Source of the DNA: a virus
Taxonomy: Duplodnaviria; Heunggongvirae; Uroviricota; Caudoviricetes
Virus record (IMG/VR): IMGVR_UViG_2667527994_000015
Reading direction: 5' to 3' (one strand)
DNA length: 37,378 bases
Shown: positions 18,901-28,174 of the stretch, piece after piece
How positions within the stretch are numbered: position 1 is the stretch's first letter
How the letters are laid out: every line of letters starts with the position of its first letter
Notes under the pieces: generated by a model
The model's input: the letters and a program-made list of their open reading frames with translations, nothing else
Databases searched by the model: none
What the model was told of the DNA's origin: nothing
Translations under genes and position numbers: made by a program

Positions 18901-19274
18901 ACTGATACCTGTTGCGCCATCTGATTACGGGTCATCCAGAAGGCAATAACGGTCAGCAGATAAAAGACCAGGGTAATGGCCCACCCCGTCCAGGCGAGAC
19001 TTACGATAATCAGCAATCGCATCACCCAGCTGATAAATACGTTTTCTTTTCGGGTAATGCTCTTCAGCAAAGATGCCCTCAACTCCTGCCAGAGCGGGCC
19101 GTTCTTAATTAACGCAGCCAGTGCTACCGGAATTACTGCCCATGTCAGCAGACAGGCTACCCAAACGCCGGATGCTGCCAGTACCGGAAAAATCCCCTGC
19201 GGATACACCATTGCGGCGATTAACAGCCCCATCCATAACATCAGAAACAGCCCGCTGATTAATTTCTTTTTCAT
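18897..19274 (-). CDS. lysA: Lysis-timing membrane protein LysA
   Basis: Multi-TM protein from the internal ATG (MKKKLISGLF...), placed just after the K stop; the ORF track's longer version would overlap K. Confidence 0.6.
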   Translation of the reverse strand: MKKKLISGLFLMLWMGLLIAAMVYPQGIFPVLAASGVWVACLLTWAVIPVALAALIKNGPLWQELRASLLKSITRKENVFISWVMRLLIIVSLAWTGWAITLVFYLLTVIAFWMTRNQMAQQVSV

Positions 19275-19275
19275 T

Positions 19276-19788
19276 TCAGTTTGCTCCCTGTAAGCACCAG
19301 GCCATCTCCCGCGCACGGCGGTTATCCAGCCCCTGATTAAAAACACCTTTCACATAAACCCAGCGCGGCAACTGTCGGCACGCATCCGCCCAGCGCCGCT
19401 GATTGAGCAATTTCACCAGCGTGGAACTGCAGGCATTGCCCGTCCCCACGTTGAAGGCAAACGACACCGCAGCGTCATACACCTTCTGCGGCGGCTGTTG
19501 CTTCACACACCTTTCCAGCGCCCGCTCCACACGCAGCACGTTGGAGATCAGCCCTTCTGCTGCCTGTCGCTCCGTAATGGTTTTGCCGGGAATGACGCCC
19601 GACGTATTACCAATGCCGTCGGTCCAGACACCCGCGCTGCACTGATACGGCTGCAGACGACAACCTTCGTAATCGGCAATCAGTTTCAGCCCTTCCACGG
19701 AGGTGTGAAGCTGCTGAAAACCCGGCAGCGTGGCAGCAATAGCCAGCACGGTCCCGACAAGGCAGCGTTTAACGATTGATGGATTCAT
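19276..19788 (-). CDS. K: Endolysin gpK (lysozyme family with N-terminal hydrophobic SAR-like segment)
   Basis: 170-aa ORF; hydrophobic N-terminus then E...D...T catalytic spacing typical of phage lysozymes; follows the holin. Confidence 0.85.
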   Translation of the reverse strand: MNPSIVKRCLVGTVLAIAATLPGFQQLHTSVEGLKLIADYEGCRLQPYQCSAGVWTDGIGNTSGVIPGKTITERQAAEGLISNVLRVERALERCVKQQPPQKVYDAAVSFAFNVGTGNACSSTLVKLLNQRRWADACRQLPRWVYVKGVFNQGLDNRRAREMAWCLQGAN

Positions 19789-19984
19789 AGTCCTCCCGCG
19801 AGATCTGCCCGTCGCGCAGAAGCTGGTAGGCTTTATGTTTGTAGTACCAGTTAATAGCCAGCATCAGCACACCAATCATCAGGCCGCCCAGCGTTGAGGC
19901 ATCCTTGATGGACAAATCGCCCAGCCAGGCCAGCACAACGGCGATGCAGTACGTGATAAAGGCGCTGATTCGCTCAAGCGTCAT
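19769..19984 (-). CDS. Y: Holin
   Basis: 71-aa protein with two TM segments and charged C-terminus, immediately upstream of the endolysin. Confidence 0.7.
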   Translation of the reverse strand: MTLERISAFITYCIAVVLAWLGDLSIKDASTLGGLMIGVLMLAINWYYKHKAYQLLRDGQISREDYESINR

Positions 19985-19987
19985 AAT

Positions 19988-20191
19988 TCAGTCCCATAGC
20001 TGGACGGTCTGCACGGTGGTGGTGGTCGGAATGTCCGGCAGCTCCACCTGCAGCCCGTGAGGTAAAAAGGGGCCGTATTCGGCAAGCCCCGGATTTGCCT
20101 TCAGTACCTGCTCCGTGACACCCTGCGTGCGCCCGTAATGACGCCAGCAAAGCGCGTCCACCGTGTCATACTGATACGCCCGCACTTTCAT
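19988..20191 (-). CDS. X: Tail protein gpX
   Basis: 67-aa ORF between L and the holin, P2 order. Confidence 0.8.
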   Translation of the reverse strand: MKVRAYQYDTVDALCWRHYGRTQGVTEQVLKANPGLAEYGPFLPHGLQVELPDIPTTTTVQTVQLWD

Positions 20192-20718
20192 CAGATAAGC
20201 TCCACTGTGCAGTGCGGCGCATCCTGCACCCGGCTGATGGCCCAGCGGGCGTCACGCCACAAATCACCGCTTGCTTCCGCCAGTTCCTCGCCCCGCTTCA
20301 CACCGGATGCCGTGGCGTCATAGTCCTGATAACGCTCGTTGAGCATGGCGCGTGCCCAGCAGTAAACCGCGTTGAAATAGTGCTGAATGCGCTCACTTTT
20401 CCCGTCCAGCTGTTCCGCCGGAACCTCTGCCAGCGAGACATACCCCAGCATCTGCTGGCGTCTGCGAAACTCATACAGCTCTGCGTTGACCTCCGAAATT
20501 GCCGACAGCGCAACCTGCTTTAAACGCGGCTGCGTCACCGTGCCGTCAGTGCGCATCACACTGCGAAACTCCGACAGGTCCACATCAGGCCAGAACGGCG
20601 TATTTCTGATGATTTCCGCCTGTTCCGGTGCCTGTTCTGGCGCAACAAACTTCATGCTGCTTTCTCCTGAAATAGAGGGCGGTGGACGGGGTTTTGATGT
20701 GGCAGTGCCTTTCGCCAC
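20191..20718 (-). CDS. L: Head completion/stabilisation protein gpL
   Basis: Translation resembles P2 gpL (WRD.RWA..R.Q C-terminal region) from memory; ORF-track start is a GTG, and an ATG at 20655 with AGGAGA SD is an alternative start. Confidence 0.85.
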   Translation of the reverse strand: MAKGTATSKPRPPPSISGESSMKFVAPEQAPEQAEIIRNTPFWPDVDLSEFRSVMRTDGTVTQPRLKQVALSAISEVNAELYEFRRRQQMLGYVSLAEVPAEQLDGKSERIQHYFNAVYCWARAMLNERYQDYDATASGVKRGEELAEASGDLWRDARWAISRVQDAPHCTVELI

Positions 20719-20750
20719 CCCGTGCCGCCCGTGCGCGGGGGCACGTTCTG

Positions 20751-21401
20751 TCAGCGGCTGTCATTGCGCAGTCTGCGCTCCAGCTGCTGTTTGTCTTTTT
20801 TCACGCCACAGCGGGGATCGAGCTGTAACGCATGGTTGAGATGATTAAGGGCGGACGCCGGATTGCTTTCACTCAGGACAGCGCCAATCGCTTTATGCAG
20901 ACGCGCCCGTGACTGGTCCGGCATATCCAGACCGTCTGTCAGCTCCAGCGTCTGCAGCAACAGATCGGCATCAAAGCCGGTGGCGGCAAGCATTGCGCTC
21001 TGCGCTGCATCTGCCATTTCCTCTGCCAGCACGGTCTGCACGTTGCGGTTACCCAGCGGCATCACCCAGCCATGACGCAGGGCATGACGCCCGATCTCCA
21101 GCGCCCCGGCATAATCTCCGGCATCAATGCGCCACAGCATCACGTACATCAGCACGTCATCCTGTTGAGCGCCTCCGGCAGCCAGGACGCCCTCCGCCCA
21201 GGCGGCATATTTCGGCAGCAGCTCCACCTTTATTTCCGCTTTTTTCACCGTGGACTGAACGCCCTTGAGACGGCGGCGGTCTTCCGCCAGTTGCAGCAGC
21301 ATCAGGTCATAGCCCGACGCGTGGCGAACACTGCCGCCCTCACGAGCGGCCTGTTCAGCCTGAACGCGCAGGCGATGCTGCCGTGCGGGACTCAGGCTCA
21401 T
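20751..21401 (-). CDS. M: Terminase endonuclease (small) subunit gpM
   Basis: 216-aa ORF; translation resembles P2 gpM from memory (LLP...W..GVL..G...QDD.LM.VMLW). Confidence 0.85.
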   Translation of the reverse strand: MSLSPARQHRLRVQAEQAAREGGSVRHASGYDLMLLQLAEDRRRLKGVQSTVKKAEIKVELLPKYAAWAEGVLAAGGAQQDDVLMYVMLWRIDAGDYAGALEIGRHALRHGWVMPLGNRNVQTVLAEEMADAAQSAMLAATGFDADLLLQTLELTDGLDMPDQSRARLHKAIGAVLSESNPASALNHLNHALQLDPRCGVKKDKQQLERRLRNDSR

Positions 21402-21404
21402 GAA

Positions 21405-22463
21405 TTACGCTCCGGTTTCTGCTGCGGCGGCGCTGAAGTCGCCAATCTGGATGTTTTCCACCAGTGCGGCGCAGCGGTAGTCCTCAACCACGTAGGCTTC
21501 GTTAACGGATTCAAAATTTTCAATCCGGTCACGTTTCGGGTTGTCGATAACTGAACGGCGGCGGGTGTCTTCCTGCCAGTAGATGGACAGGTTATCCAGA
21601 CGGGTGATCAGCAGCGCATTCGGCGGGAAGAACGGCGCACGCACGGCCTGCAGACCGCCCATGCGTTTCTGACTGATAATCATATCGGCAGCCAGTTTTT
21701 CACTGTTTTCCTGCTCTTTGTTGACCAGCGGGAAATACTTGTCAGACAACAGTTCACGACCGCAAATCACCACCAGATCGTCATCGTCCTGGTAAACCAC
21801 GTCGATAAGCTCATTGACGGCATCCATCACCACGGCGTCCAGGTTGGCATATTCGCCACCTTTGCCGACTTTCACTGCGCCCGGTGTGGTTTCACCGCCC
21901 GTGGTGGTGCTGCCCATGACGTGATCCGGTGCATCCTCACGGATTTTCTGCAGCCAGCCTTTATTTACATCCTGCAGCAGCGGGTTTTCGCTACGGTTGG
22001 AGGTTTTCGCACGCTTCACGCCGTTAAAGCCGATCATGATGCGGTCCAGTGCCTGACGTTTCACGATGGCGTCACGGATACGCACCTGGAAATCCTGAAA
22101 CTTCGCCCACAGGTCCAGCTTCGCGTAGGTCAGCACCGTGTCAAAGTTGGTCTGCTCGCATTTATATTCCACATCGACCATCAGCGTCGGATCGACAGGT
22201 TCACGCTCTTTCGCGGTGGTGTCAGTGGTTCCGGCAATGGTGCTGCCAACACCCAGCCCCAGCAGCTGACCGGACTGCTCAGTCACTGGCGTGACGTTAA
22301 TCAGCGTCAGGAAAGCGGCGGACTGCTGGATCTGGTCTTCCAGCGTCTGCTGCACAGACGGCTCCACAGTGAATTTGCTGGACAGTTCTTCAACTGCCAC
22401 ACCGTTCAGACGCGCCAGCTGCTGCAGGTAAGCGTTAAAAGCAAAGCGGGTATTCTTCTTCAT
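21405..22463 (-). CDS. N: Major capsid protein gpN
   Basis: 352-aa ORF between the scaffold and M genes; P2 gpN-like size and position. Confidence 0.9.
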   Translation of the reverse strand: MKKNTRFAFNAYLQQLARLNGVAVEELSSKFTVEPSVQQTLEDQIQQSAAFLTLINVTPVTEQSGQLLGLGVGSTIAGTTDTTAKEREPVDPTLMVDVEYKCEQTNFDTVLTYAKLDLWAKFQDFQVRIRDAIVKRQALDRIMIGFNGVKRAKTSNRSENPLLQDVNKGWLQKIREDAPDHVMGSTTTGGETTPGAVKVGKGGEYANLDAVVMDAVNELIDVVYQDDDDLVVICGRELLSDKYFPLVNKEQENSEKLAADMIISQKRMGGLQAVRAPFFPPNALLITRLDNLSIYWQEDTRRRSVIDNPKRDRIENFESVNEAYVVEDYRCAALVENIQIGDFSAAAAETGA

Positions 22464-22479
22464 CGGGTTTTGTGCTCCA

Positions 22480-23313
22480 TCAGCAATTGGTCAGAGTGTC
22501 AGCGGGGGCGTTACCGCCTGTTGCACGCTGGCGGTAGTCCTGGCGGCTGTCTTCATGACTCAGCTTATTCACCAGTTCGTTAAAGGCGGTCTGCTGTGCC
22601 TGCAGGGCAGTCTCCAGCTCAGACAGACGTTCTTCCTGCTCAGACAGGGATTTTTCGGTGCGTGCGCTCAGGTTTTGCTGCTCAGTGGCGACCAGCTCCA
22701 CGGCCTTATGCACATCAGAGAACCGGGCATCGTCGGACTGCTCTTTTTTGGTGAACAGTGCCGTGACGCGGGCAAACAGGGACGGCTTGTCCTCCTGGAT
22801 TTCTTCCAGTTCGATCACCGTTTCCTCTGCGGCGGTAAAGAGATTGGCGGGATTCTGCTTGCGGTTTGCCAGCGGGTTATGGGCTGCACTGGCGCTGAAT
22901 GTCAGCATTTCAGTGCCCAGACTGGCAGGGTCATCAGTGGCAGCCAGGCCGACCAGGTAGGCTTTGCCCGTATCAGCAAACTTCGGGCTGACTTCCATAG
23001 AGGTGAATAATTTCTGGCCTTTTTTCACCAGTTCCACCAGGGATTCCGTTGGCTCAACGTCGGCATACAGCGCCATCTTGCCTGCCAACGGACCTTCCGT
23101 GATTTCTTCAGCAAACAGCGCCGTCACCTTGCCGTAGCGGTTAAAGGTGCTGTCCGGCAGATAAGACTTGATGTGCTCAAGGTTAATCAGCGCGGTATAC
23201 ACCGCCGGGTTGTAGCTGGCTGCCATCTGTTCCAGCCATTCACGCTGGATTTCGCGTCCGTCGGTGGTGGCACCTTCCACCCCGATGCGAAAACGCTTTG
23301 CTTTCACTGTCAT
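22480..23313 (-). CDS. O: Capsid scaffolding protein gpO
   Basis: 277-aa ORF, first gene of the rightward late operon, divergent from P. Confidence 0.85.
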   Translation of the reverse strand: MTVKAKRFRIGVEGATTDGREIQREWLEQMAASYNPAVYTALINLEHIKSYLPDSTFNRYGKVTALFAEEITEGPLAGKMALYADVEPTESLVELVKKGQKLFTSMEVSPKFADTGKAYLVGLAATDDPASLGTEMLTFSASAAHNPLANRKQNPANLFTAAEETVIELEEIQEDKPSLFARVTALFTKKEQSDDARFSDVHKAVELVATEQQNLSARTEKSLSEQEERLSELETALQAQQTAFNELVNKLSHEDSRQDYRQRATGGNAPADTLTNC

Positions 23314-23391
23314 GAGCCGTGCTCCGTTAGAAAAAACTTACTGGAGCCTTATGGTTGCGGTGATGGGGGCAGTGAAACAATGCGCGGTATT

Positions 23392-23409
23392 TGTACCGAC
23401 AACCACACA
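23392..23409. promoter_or_regulatory. Putative late-promoter activator binding site in the divergent O/P promoter region
   Basis: tgtaccgacaaccacaca = TGT-N12-ACA; centre about 87 nt from the O ATG and about 55 nt from the P ATG. Confidence 0.5.
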
Positions 23410-23455
23410 AACCGCAGGCGGGGAAAGCCTTCATTCAAGGCTGTAGGTTTGTGCC

Positions 23456-25222
23456 ATGAACACCACACTGACACCCGCAGATCTCGATCCCCGTCGGCAG
23501 GCCATGCTGCTGTACTTTCAGGGATACCGCGTCGCCCGCATTGCTGAAATGCTGGGCGAGAAAGTTGCAACCGTTCACAGCTGGAAAAAACGCGACAAGT
23601 GGGGTGACTATGGGCCGCTGGATCAGATGCAGCTCACCACCGCCGCACGCTACTGCCAGCTCATTATGAAGGAGCACAAAGAAGGGAAAGATTTCAAAGA
23701 GATTGACCTGCTGGCGCGCCAGTCGGAGCGCCACGCGCGGATCGGCAAGTTTAACAATGGCGGCAACGAAGCCGACTTAAACCCTAACGTCGCCAACCGC
23801 AACAAAGGCCCACGCCGTCAGCCGGAAAAGAATGTTTTCACCGATGAACAGATTGAGAAGCTGGAAGAAATCTTCCATTCCTCCATGTTCAACTACCAGC
23901 GCCACTGGTGGGAAGCCGGAAAAACCAACCGCATCCGCAACCTGCTGAAGTCACGCCAGATCGGCGCAACCTTCTATTTTGCCCGTGAAGCCCTGATTGA
24001 CGCCCTGCTGACCGGACGTAACCAGATTTTCCTTTCCGCCAGCAAGGCACAAGCCCACGTCTTTAAGCAGTACATCATCGACTTCGCCAAAGAAGTGGAG
24101 GTGGAGCTGAAAGGTGATCCGATGGTGCTTCCTAACGGTGCCACGCTTTACTTCCTCGGCACCAATGCCCGCACTGCCCAGAGTTATCACGGCAACCTGT
24201 ATCTGGATGAATATTTCTGGATACCGAAATTCCAGGAGCTGCGCAAAGTGGCTTCCGGTATGGCTATTCACAAAAAATGGCGACAAACCTATTTTTCCAC
24301 GCCATCCAGCCTGACACACAGTGCTTATCCGTTCTGGTCCGGTGCACTGTTCAACCGAGGGCGCAACAAAGCCGATAAGGTGGACATCGACCTGTCCCAC
24401 AGCAATCTGGCCCCCGGCCTGCTGTGCGCAGACGGGCAGTACCGCCAGATAGTCACTGTGGAAGATGCGGTGCGCGGCGGCTGTAACCTGTTCGACCTCG
24501 ACCAGTTGCGCATGGAGTACAGCCCGGACGAATACCAGAACCTGCTGATGTGTGAGTTCGTGGACGATCTCGCGTCTGTGTTCCCGCTCAGCGAGCTGCA
24601 GGCGTGCATGGTGGACAGTTGGGAAGTCTGGACCGACTTTCATGCACTGGCCCTGCGCCCGTTTGGCTGGCGCGAAGTGTGGATCGGATATGACCCGGCG
24701 AAAGGTACGCAGAACGGCGACAGCGCCGGATGCGTGGTGGTGGCGCCGCCAGCCGTGCCGGGCGGTAAGTTCCGCATTCTTGAGCGTCACCAGTGGCGCG
24801 GAATGGACTTCCGCGCCCAGGCTGATGCCATCAAAAAACTGACCGAACAGTACAACGTGACCTATATCGGTATCGACTCAACCGGCGTTGGTCACGGGGT
24901 TTACGAGAACGTGAAAGCGTTTTTTCCTGCCGTCCGGGAGTTTGTCTACAACCCCAACGTTAAAAACGCCCTGGTACTCAAGGCCTACGACATTATCAGC
25001 CACCGCCGTCTGGAGTTTGACGCCGGACACACCGACATAGCGCAGTCCTTTATGGCAATCCGTCGCGCCACCACCGCCAGTGGCAACCGCCCGACCTATG
25101 AAGCCAGCCGCAGCGAAGAAGCCAGCCACGCCGATCTGGCCTGGGCAACGATGCACGCACTGTTTAACGAACCGCTGCAGGGCGAATCCGCCAATACCAG
25201 CAATATTGTGGAGATTTTTTGA
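23456..25222 (+). CDS. P: Terminase ATPase (large) subunit gpP
   Basis: 588-aa ORF divergent from O and overlapping the portal gene start; P2 gpP-like size and position. Confidence 0.9.
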   Translation: MNTTLTPADLDPRRQAMLLYFQGYRVARIAEMLGEKVATVHSWKKRDKWGDYGPLDQMQLTTAARYCQLIMKEHKEGKDFKEIDLLARQSERHARIGKFNNGGNEADLNPNVANRNKGPRRQPEKNVFTDEQIEKLEEIFHSSMFNYQRHWWEAGKTNRIRNLLKSRQIGATFYFAREALIDALLTGRNQIFLSASKAQAHVFKQYIIDFAKEVEVELKGDPMVLPNGATLYFLGTNARTAQSYHGNLYLDEYFWIPKFQELRKVASGMAIHKKWRQTYFSTPSSLTHSAYPFWSGALFNRGRNKADKVDIDLSHSNLAPGLLCADGQYRQIVTVEDAVRGGCNLFDLDQLRMEYSPDEYQNLLMCEFVDDLASVFPLSELQACMVDSWEVWTDFHALALRPFGWREVWIGYDPAKGTQNGDSAGCVVVAPPAVPGGKFRILERHQWRGMDFRAQADAIKKLTEQYNVTYIGIDSTGVGHGVYENVKAFFPAVREFVYNPNVKNALVLKAYDIISHRRLEFDAGHTDIAQSFMAIRRATTASGNRPTYEASRSEEASHADLAWATMHALFNEPLQGESANTSNIVEIF

Positions 25223-26256
25223 TGGGAAAGAGTAAGAAGAACCGCGCTGCGGCGACGAAACAGATCCAGCTTAAAAGTCAAACTACAGCCGAAGCATTCA
25301 GCTTCGGCGATCCCGTTCCTGTTCTGGACCGCCGAGAACTGCTGGATTATGTGGAATGCGTACAGATGGACCGCTGGTATGAACCGCCCGTCAGCTTTGA
25401 CGGACTGGCGCGCACCTTCCGCGCTGCCGTGCATCATAGTTCCCCGATTGCAGTAAAGTGCAACATTCTGACCAGCACCTACATCCCTCACCCGCTGCTC
25501 AGCCAGCAGGCTTTTTCGCGTTTTGTGCAGGACTATCTGGTATTTGGTAACGCCTACCTGGAGAAACGCACGAACCGCTTCGGTGAAGTTATCGCCCTTG
25601 AACCTGCCCTGGCAAAATACACCCGACGCGGGTTAGACCTGGATACCTACTGGTTTGTGCAATACGGTATGACCACGCAGCCATATCAGTTCACGAAAGG
25701 CAGCATCTTTCATCTGATGGAACCGGACATCAACCAGGAGATCTACGGCCTGCCCGGTTATCTTTCTGCTATTCCATCCGCCCTGCTCAACGAGTCTGCC
25801 ACGCTGTTCCGCCGCAAGTATTACATTAACGGCAGTCATGCAGGCTTCATCATGTATATGACCGATGCCGCGCAGAACCAGGAGGATGTGAACAACCTCC
25901 GCAACGCGATGAAAAGCGCCAAAGGTCCAGGCAACTTCCGCAACCTGTTTATGTACTCGCCTAACGGCAAAAAGGACGGGCTTCAGATTATCCCGTTGTC
26001 AGAGGTCGCAGCGAAGGATGAGTTTTTGAATATCAAGAACGTGAGCCGGGATGACATGATGGCGGCGCATCGTGTGCCACCGCAAATGATGGGGATTATG
26101 CCTAATAATGTCGGGGGGTTTGGGGATGTGGAGAAGGCCAGCCGCGTCTTTGTGCGAAATGAGCTAACACCACTGCAAAAGCATATACAAGAAGTAAATA
26201 AATGGCTTGGTAAAGTTATTATAAAATTCGAATCATATAGCTTTCCCACACAATAA
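25219..26256 (+). CDS. Q: Portal protein gpQ
   Basis: 345-aa ORF downstream of P, reading toward cos; the last ~30 codons are AT-rich. Confidence 0.9.
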   Translation: MMGKSKKNRAAATKQIQLKSQTTAEAFSFGDPVPVLDRRELLDYVECVQMDRWYEPPVSFDGLARTFRAAVHHSSPIAVKCNILTSTYIPHPLLSQQAFSRFVQDYLVFGNAYLEKRTNRFGEVIALEPALAKYTRRGLDLDTYWFVQYGMTTQPYQFTKGSIFHLMEPDINQEIYGLPGYLSAIPSALLNESATLFRRKYYINGSHAGFIMYMTDAAQNQEDVNNLRNAMKSAKGPGNFRNLFMYSPNGKKDGLQIIPLSEVAAKDEFLNIKNVSRDDMMAAHRVPPQMMGIMPNNVGGFGDVEKASRVFVRNELTPLQKHIQEVNKWLGKVIIKFESYSFPTQ

Positions 26257-26290
26257 AACAAAGGCCGTTCATATATGAACGGCCTTTGTT
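26257..26290. terminator. Palindromic hairpin between convergent Q and the accessory gene (bidirectional terminator candidate)
   Basis: Near-perfect palindrome acaaaggccgttcatat/atatgaacggcctttgt between the two stop codons, followed by T-run on the plus strand. Confidence 0.5.
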
Positions 26291-26292
26291 AT

Positions 26293-27327
26293 CTATACCA
26301 AAGTTTTTTTAATCGCTCTCAATGTTGTCATTAAATTTTCGCCATACGGTGTTAAAGTCCAATAAGTACCTTTATCTTTAACACTTCTACTCTTTTCACT
26401 TTTAATAATTAACCCAAGCGCCCTAAACTGCACTTTTATTGTTTGGAAATCAGAATTAGATACTTTTAAAGATAATAAATTCATATCTTTAAAATCCTCA
26501 TAGATGATATCTTGAACTGCATTTCGCACACAGTTATTTAAAGCACTATATAGCTTATCATCCACTATCTCATCTATCATCAAAGGCGAAACATATGAAA
26601 AAATATCGTTCCAGCTTAATTTGACCTTATCGGTATATTCTTCACCATTATGTCTCCATTCTGTAGGCGACACACAGAATTCATAATCCAATTCAAAAAG
26701 CTCATCTCCTTGAGATAGTTTTTCTGCACCTGCAGGCGCTTCAGTCATACTTGATACAAGTTGACTTTCAAGCTCCTCAATTCGCCTTTTTAATTTCAAT
26801 ATTTCCTTTGCATCACCATCATTAGTTACTAAATTTCCTTTAACCCACCCAATTGCAGGACATTCTTTAATTAGTCTAATCAAACTTCTGCTAACCTGGC
26901 TACCTAACTCTGCAGGAGACTCCCAAAAACGACATAATTTTGTTTTAACTAGCTCTTCGAAAGCCTTTAGTTTTTCTACGCCTTCAGGGTTTGACTCACA
27001 ACGTTTTGCGGGGAGGTTACTTTTATCTTTATGAATAAAACCTATAACTGGCTTACCAGTTTCCAAAGCATAACGATACTCCATTTCTGTATAGCTTATT
27101 CCATCAGGACCAATTGAACCATAACGCCCTGCCAAGATAACAATATAATAATCACTATCGTCAATTATTTTTTTTATTAAACTCCACTGATCACTATTTG
27201 TTGCTGGAAATAATTCCATTCCTGCTGGCATACAATCAAGCTCCAGCAGTGCTTGCATTACTTCCTGTCTTTCTTCTTCAAGATCAGCAAAAGTTGAACT
27301 AACAAAAACCTGATATCTTTTATCCAT
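26293..27327 (-). CDS. Hypothetical protein with DUF4062-like N-terminal domain (accessory gene between portal and cos)
   Basis: 344-aa ORF; N-terminus VFVSSTFADLEEERQ and YYIVILAGRYG fit my recollection of the DUF4062 consensus; central coiled-coil; AT-rich. Confidence 0.7.
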   Translation of the reverse strand: MDKRYQVFVSSTFADLEEERQEVMQALLELDCMPAGMELFPATNSDQWSLIKKIIDDSDYYIVILAGRYGSIGPDGISYTEMEYRYALETGKPVIGFIHKDKSNLPAKRCESNPEGVEKLKAFEELVKTKLCRFWESPAELGSQVSRSLIRLIKECPAIGWVKGNLVTNDGDAKEILKLKRRIEELESQLVSSMTEAPAGAEKLSQGDELFELDYEFCVSPTEWRHNGEEYTDKVKLSWNDIFSYVSPLMIDEIVDDKLYSALNNCVRNAVQDIIYEDFKDMNLLSLKVSNSDFQTIKVQFRALGLIIKSEKSRSVKDKGTYWTLTPYGENLMTTLRAIKKTLV

Positions 27328-27403
27328 TTGATGATTTCCACTGCACGTATAGATCTTTCAGGCGATTATATATACTTTTCTGAAAACTGTCAGTGAGCGC
27401 GCG

Positions 27404-27422
27404 CTCGTATCCCCGCCACGCC
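27404..27422 (-). other. Putative cos cohesive-end sequence
   Basis: Minus strand reads GGCGTGGCGGGGATACGAG, close to the 19-nt cohesive ends of 186/P2 (GGCG[T/A]GGCGGGGAAAGCA...) as I remember them; sits between Q and the old/tin-equivalent slot. Confidence 0.4.
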
Positions 27423-27460
27423 TGCCCGCTTTATGTAGTGGTTTTCATGCAGGTGCATGA

Positions 27461-27491
27461 CATAAGCAAAAGCCCGCCAGTTCTGGCGGGC
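27461..27491 (-). terminator. Intrinsic terminator of the two-gene accessory operon
   Basis: Minus strand gcccgccag-aa-ctggcgggc followed by ttttgctt, just downstream of the 4-TM gene. Confidence 0.5.
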
Positions 27492-27636
27492 CTCAGCAAA
27501 AACGATCCTAAAACGATCATGCGGATTCATGCAGCATAGACATGCAAAGCTTGTTAGAACGGTGATTCCCATGTTAAAGGAGGCTTACTCTTGTTGAGGT
27601 TAAACATCCACAGTAACTCCTGCCAATACGAACACT

Positions 27637-28173
27637 TTATTCATCATAGTGTTCTAATTTCGCTTTTGCTAAACGTCCATGTAAGTGATTAACAAAATGT
27701 AAATTATTCAAAATCAGGCTCATAACGCATTTTAATTGCATCCAGCTAATAAAGTAAATGAAGAAAATACCAATGTATTTAAACAAGTCTTTATTAGCTT
27801 GATAAACAGGTAATGCATAAAACACTGCCTTAACCAAAAAGAAAATTAGAATCCCAGCCATAACACAAGCAGATGTGATTATTGTATAAACTAATTTCTC
27901 TATTCTTGGTGAGTCATGCTCATTTTTTATATAACTTACATCATCCTTAACAATACTATTCATTGCATTCGGATATAAAAAACCGACCCATAAACCGACA
28001 ATAGTGAATATAGATGCTGAAATATTTATAAGCGCACCTAAAATATCTTTTGCATCATTATAGGAAAAACTTTTGAACGAAAAATAGCTTATAACGCAGC
28101 ACAAAACAACAGCAACAAAATTAATCGCCTGCTGTTTTGCAACTGTTATTATCAAACCTTCCGTTTCTGTCAT
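27637..28173 (-). CDS. Small integral membrane protein with four predicted TM helices (accessory operon gene 2)
   Basis: 178-aa ORF with four hydrophobic stretches; GGAAGG SD; its ATG lies 1 nt after the upstream gene's TGA (TGAtATG). Confidence 0.7.
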   Translation of the reverse strand: MTETEGLIITVAKQQAINFVAVVLCCVISYFSFKSFSYNDAKDILGALINISASIFTIVGLWVGFLYPNAMNSIVKDDVSYIKNEHDSPRIEKLVYTIITSACVMAGILIFFLVKAVFYALPVYQANKDLFKYIGIFFIYFISWMQLKCVMSLILNNLHFVNHLHGRLAKAKLEHYDE

Positions 28174-28174
28174 A

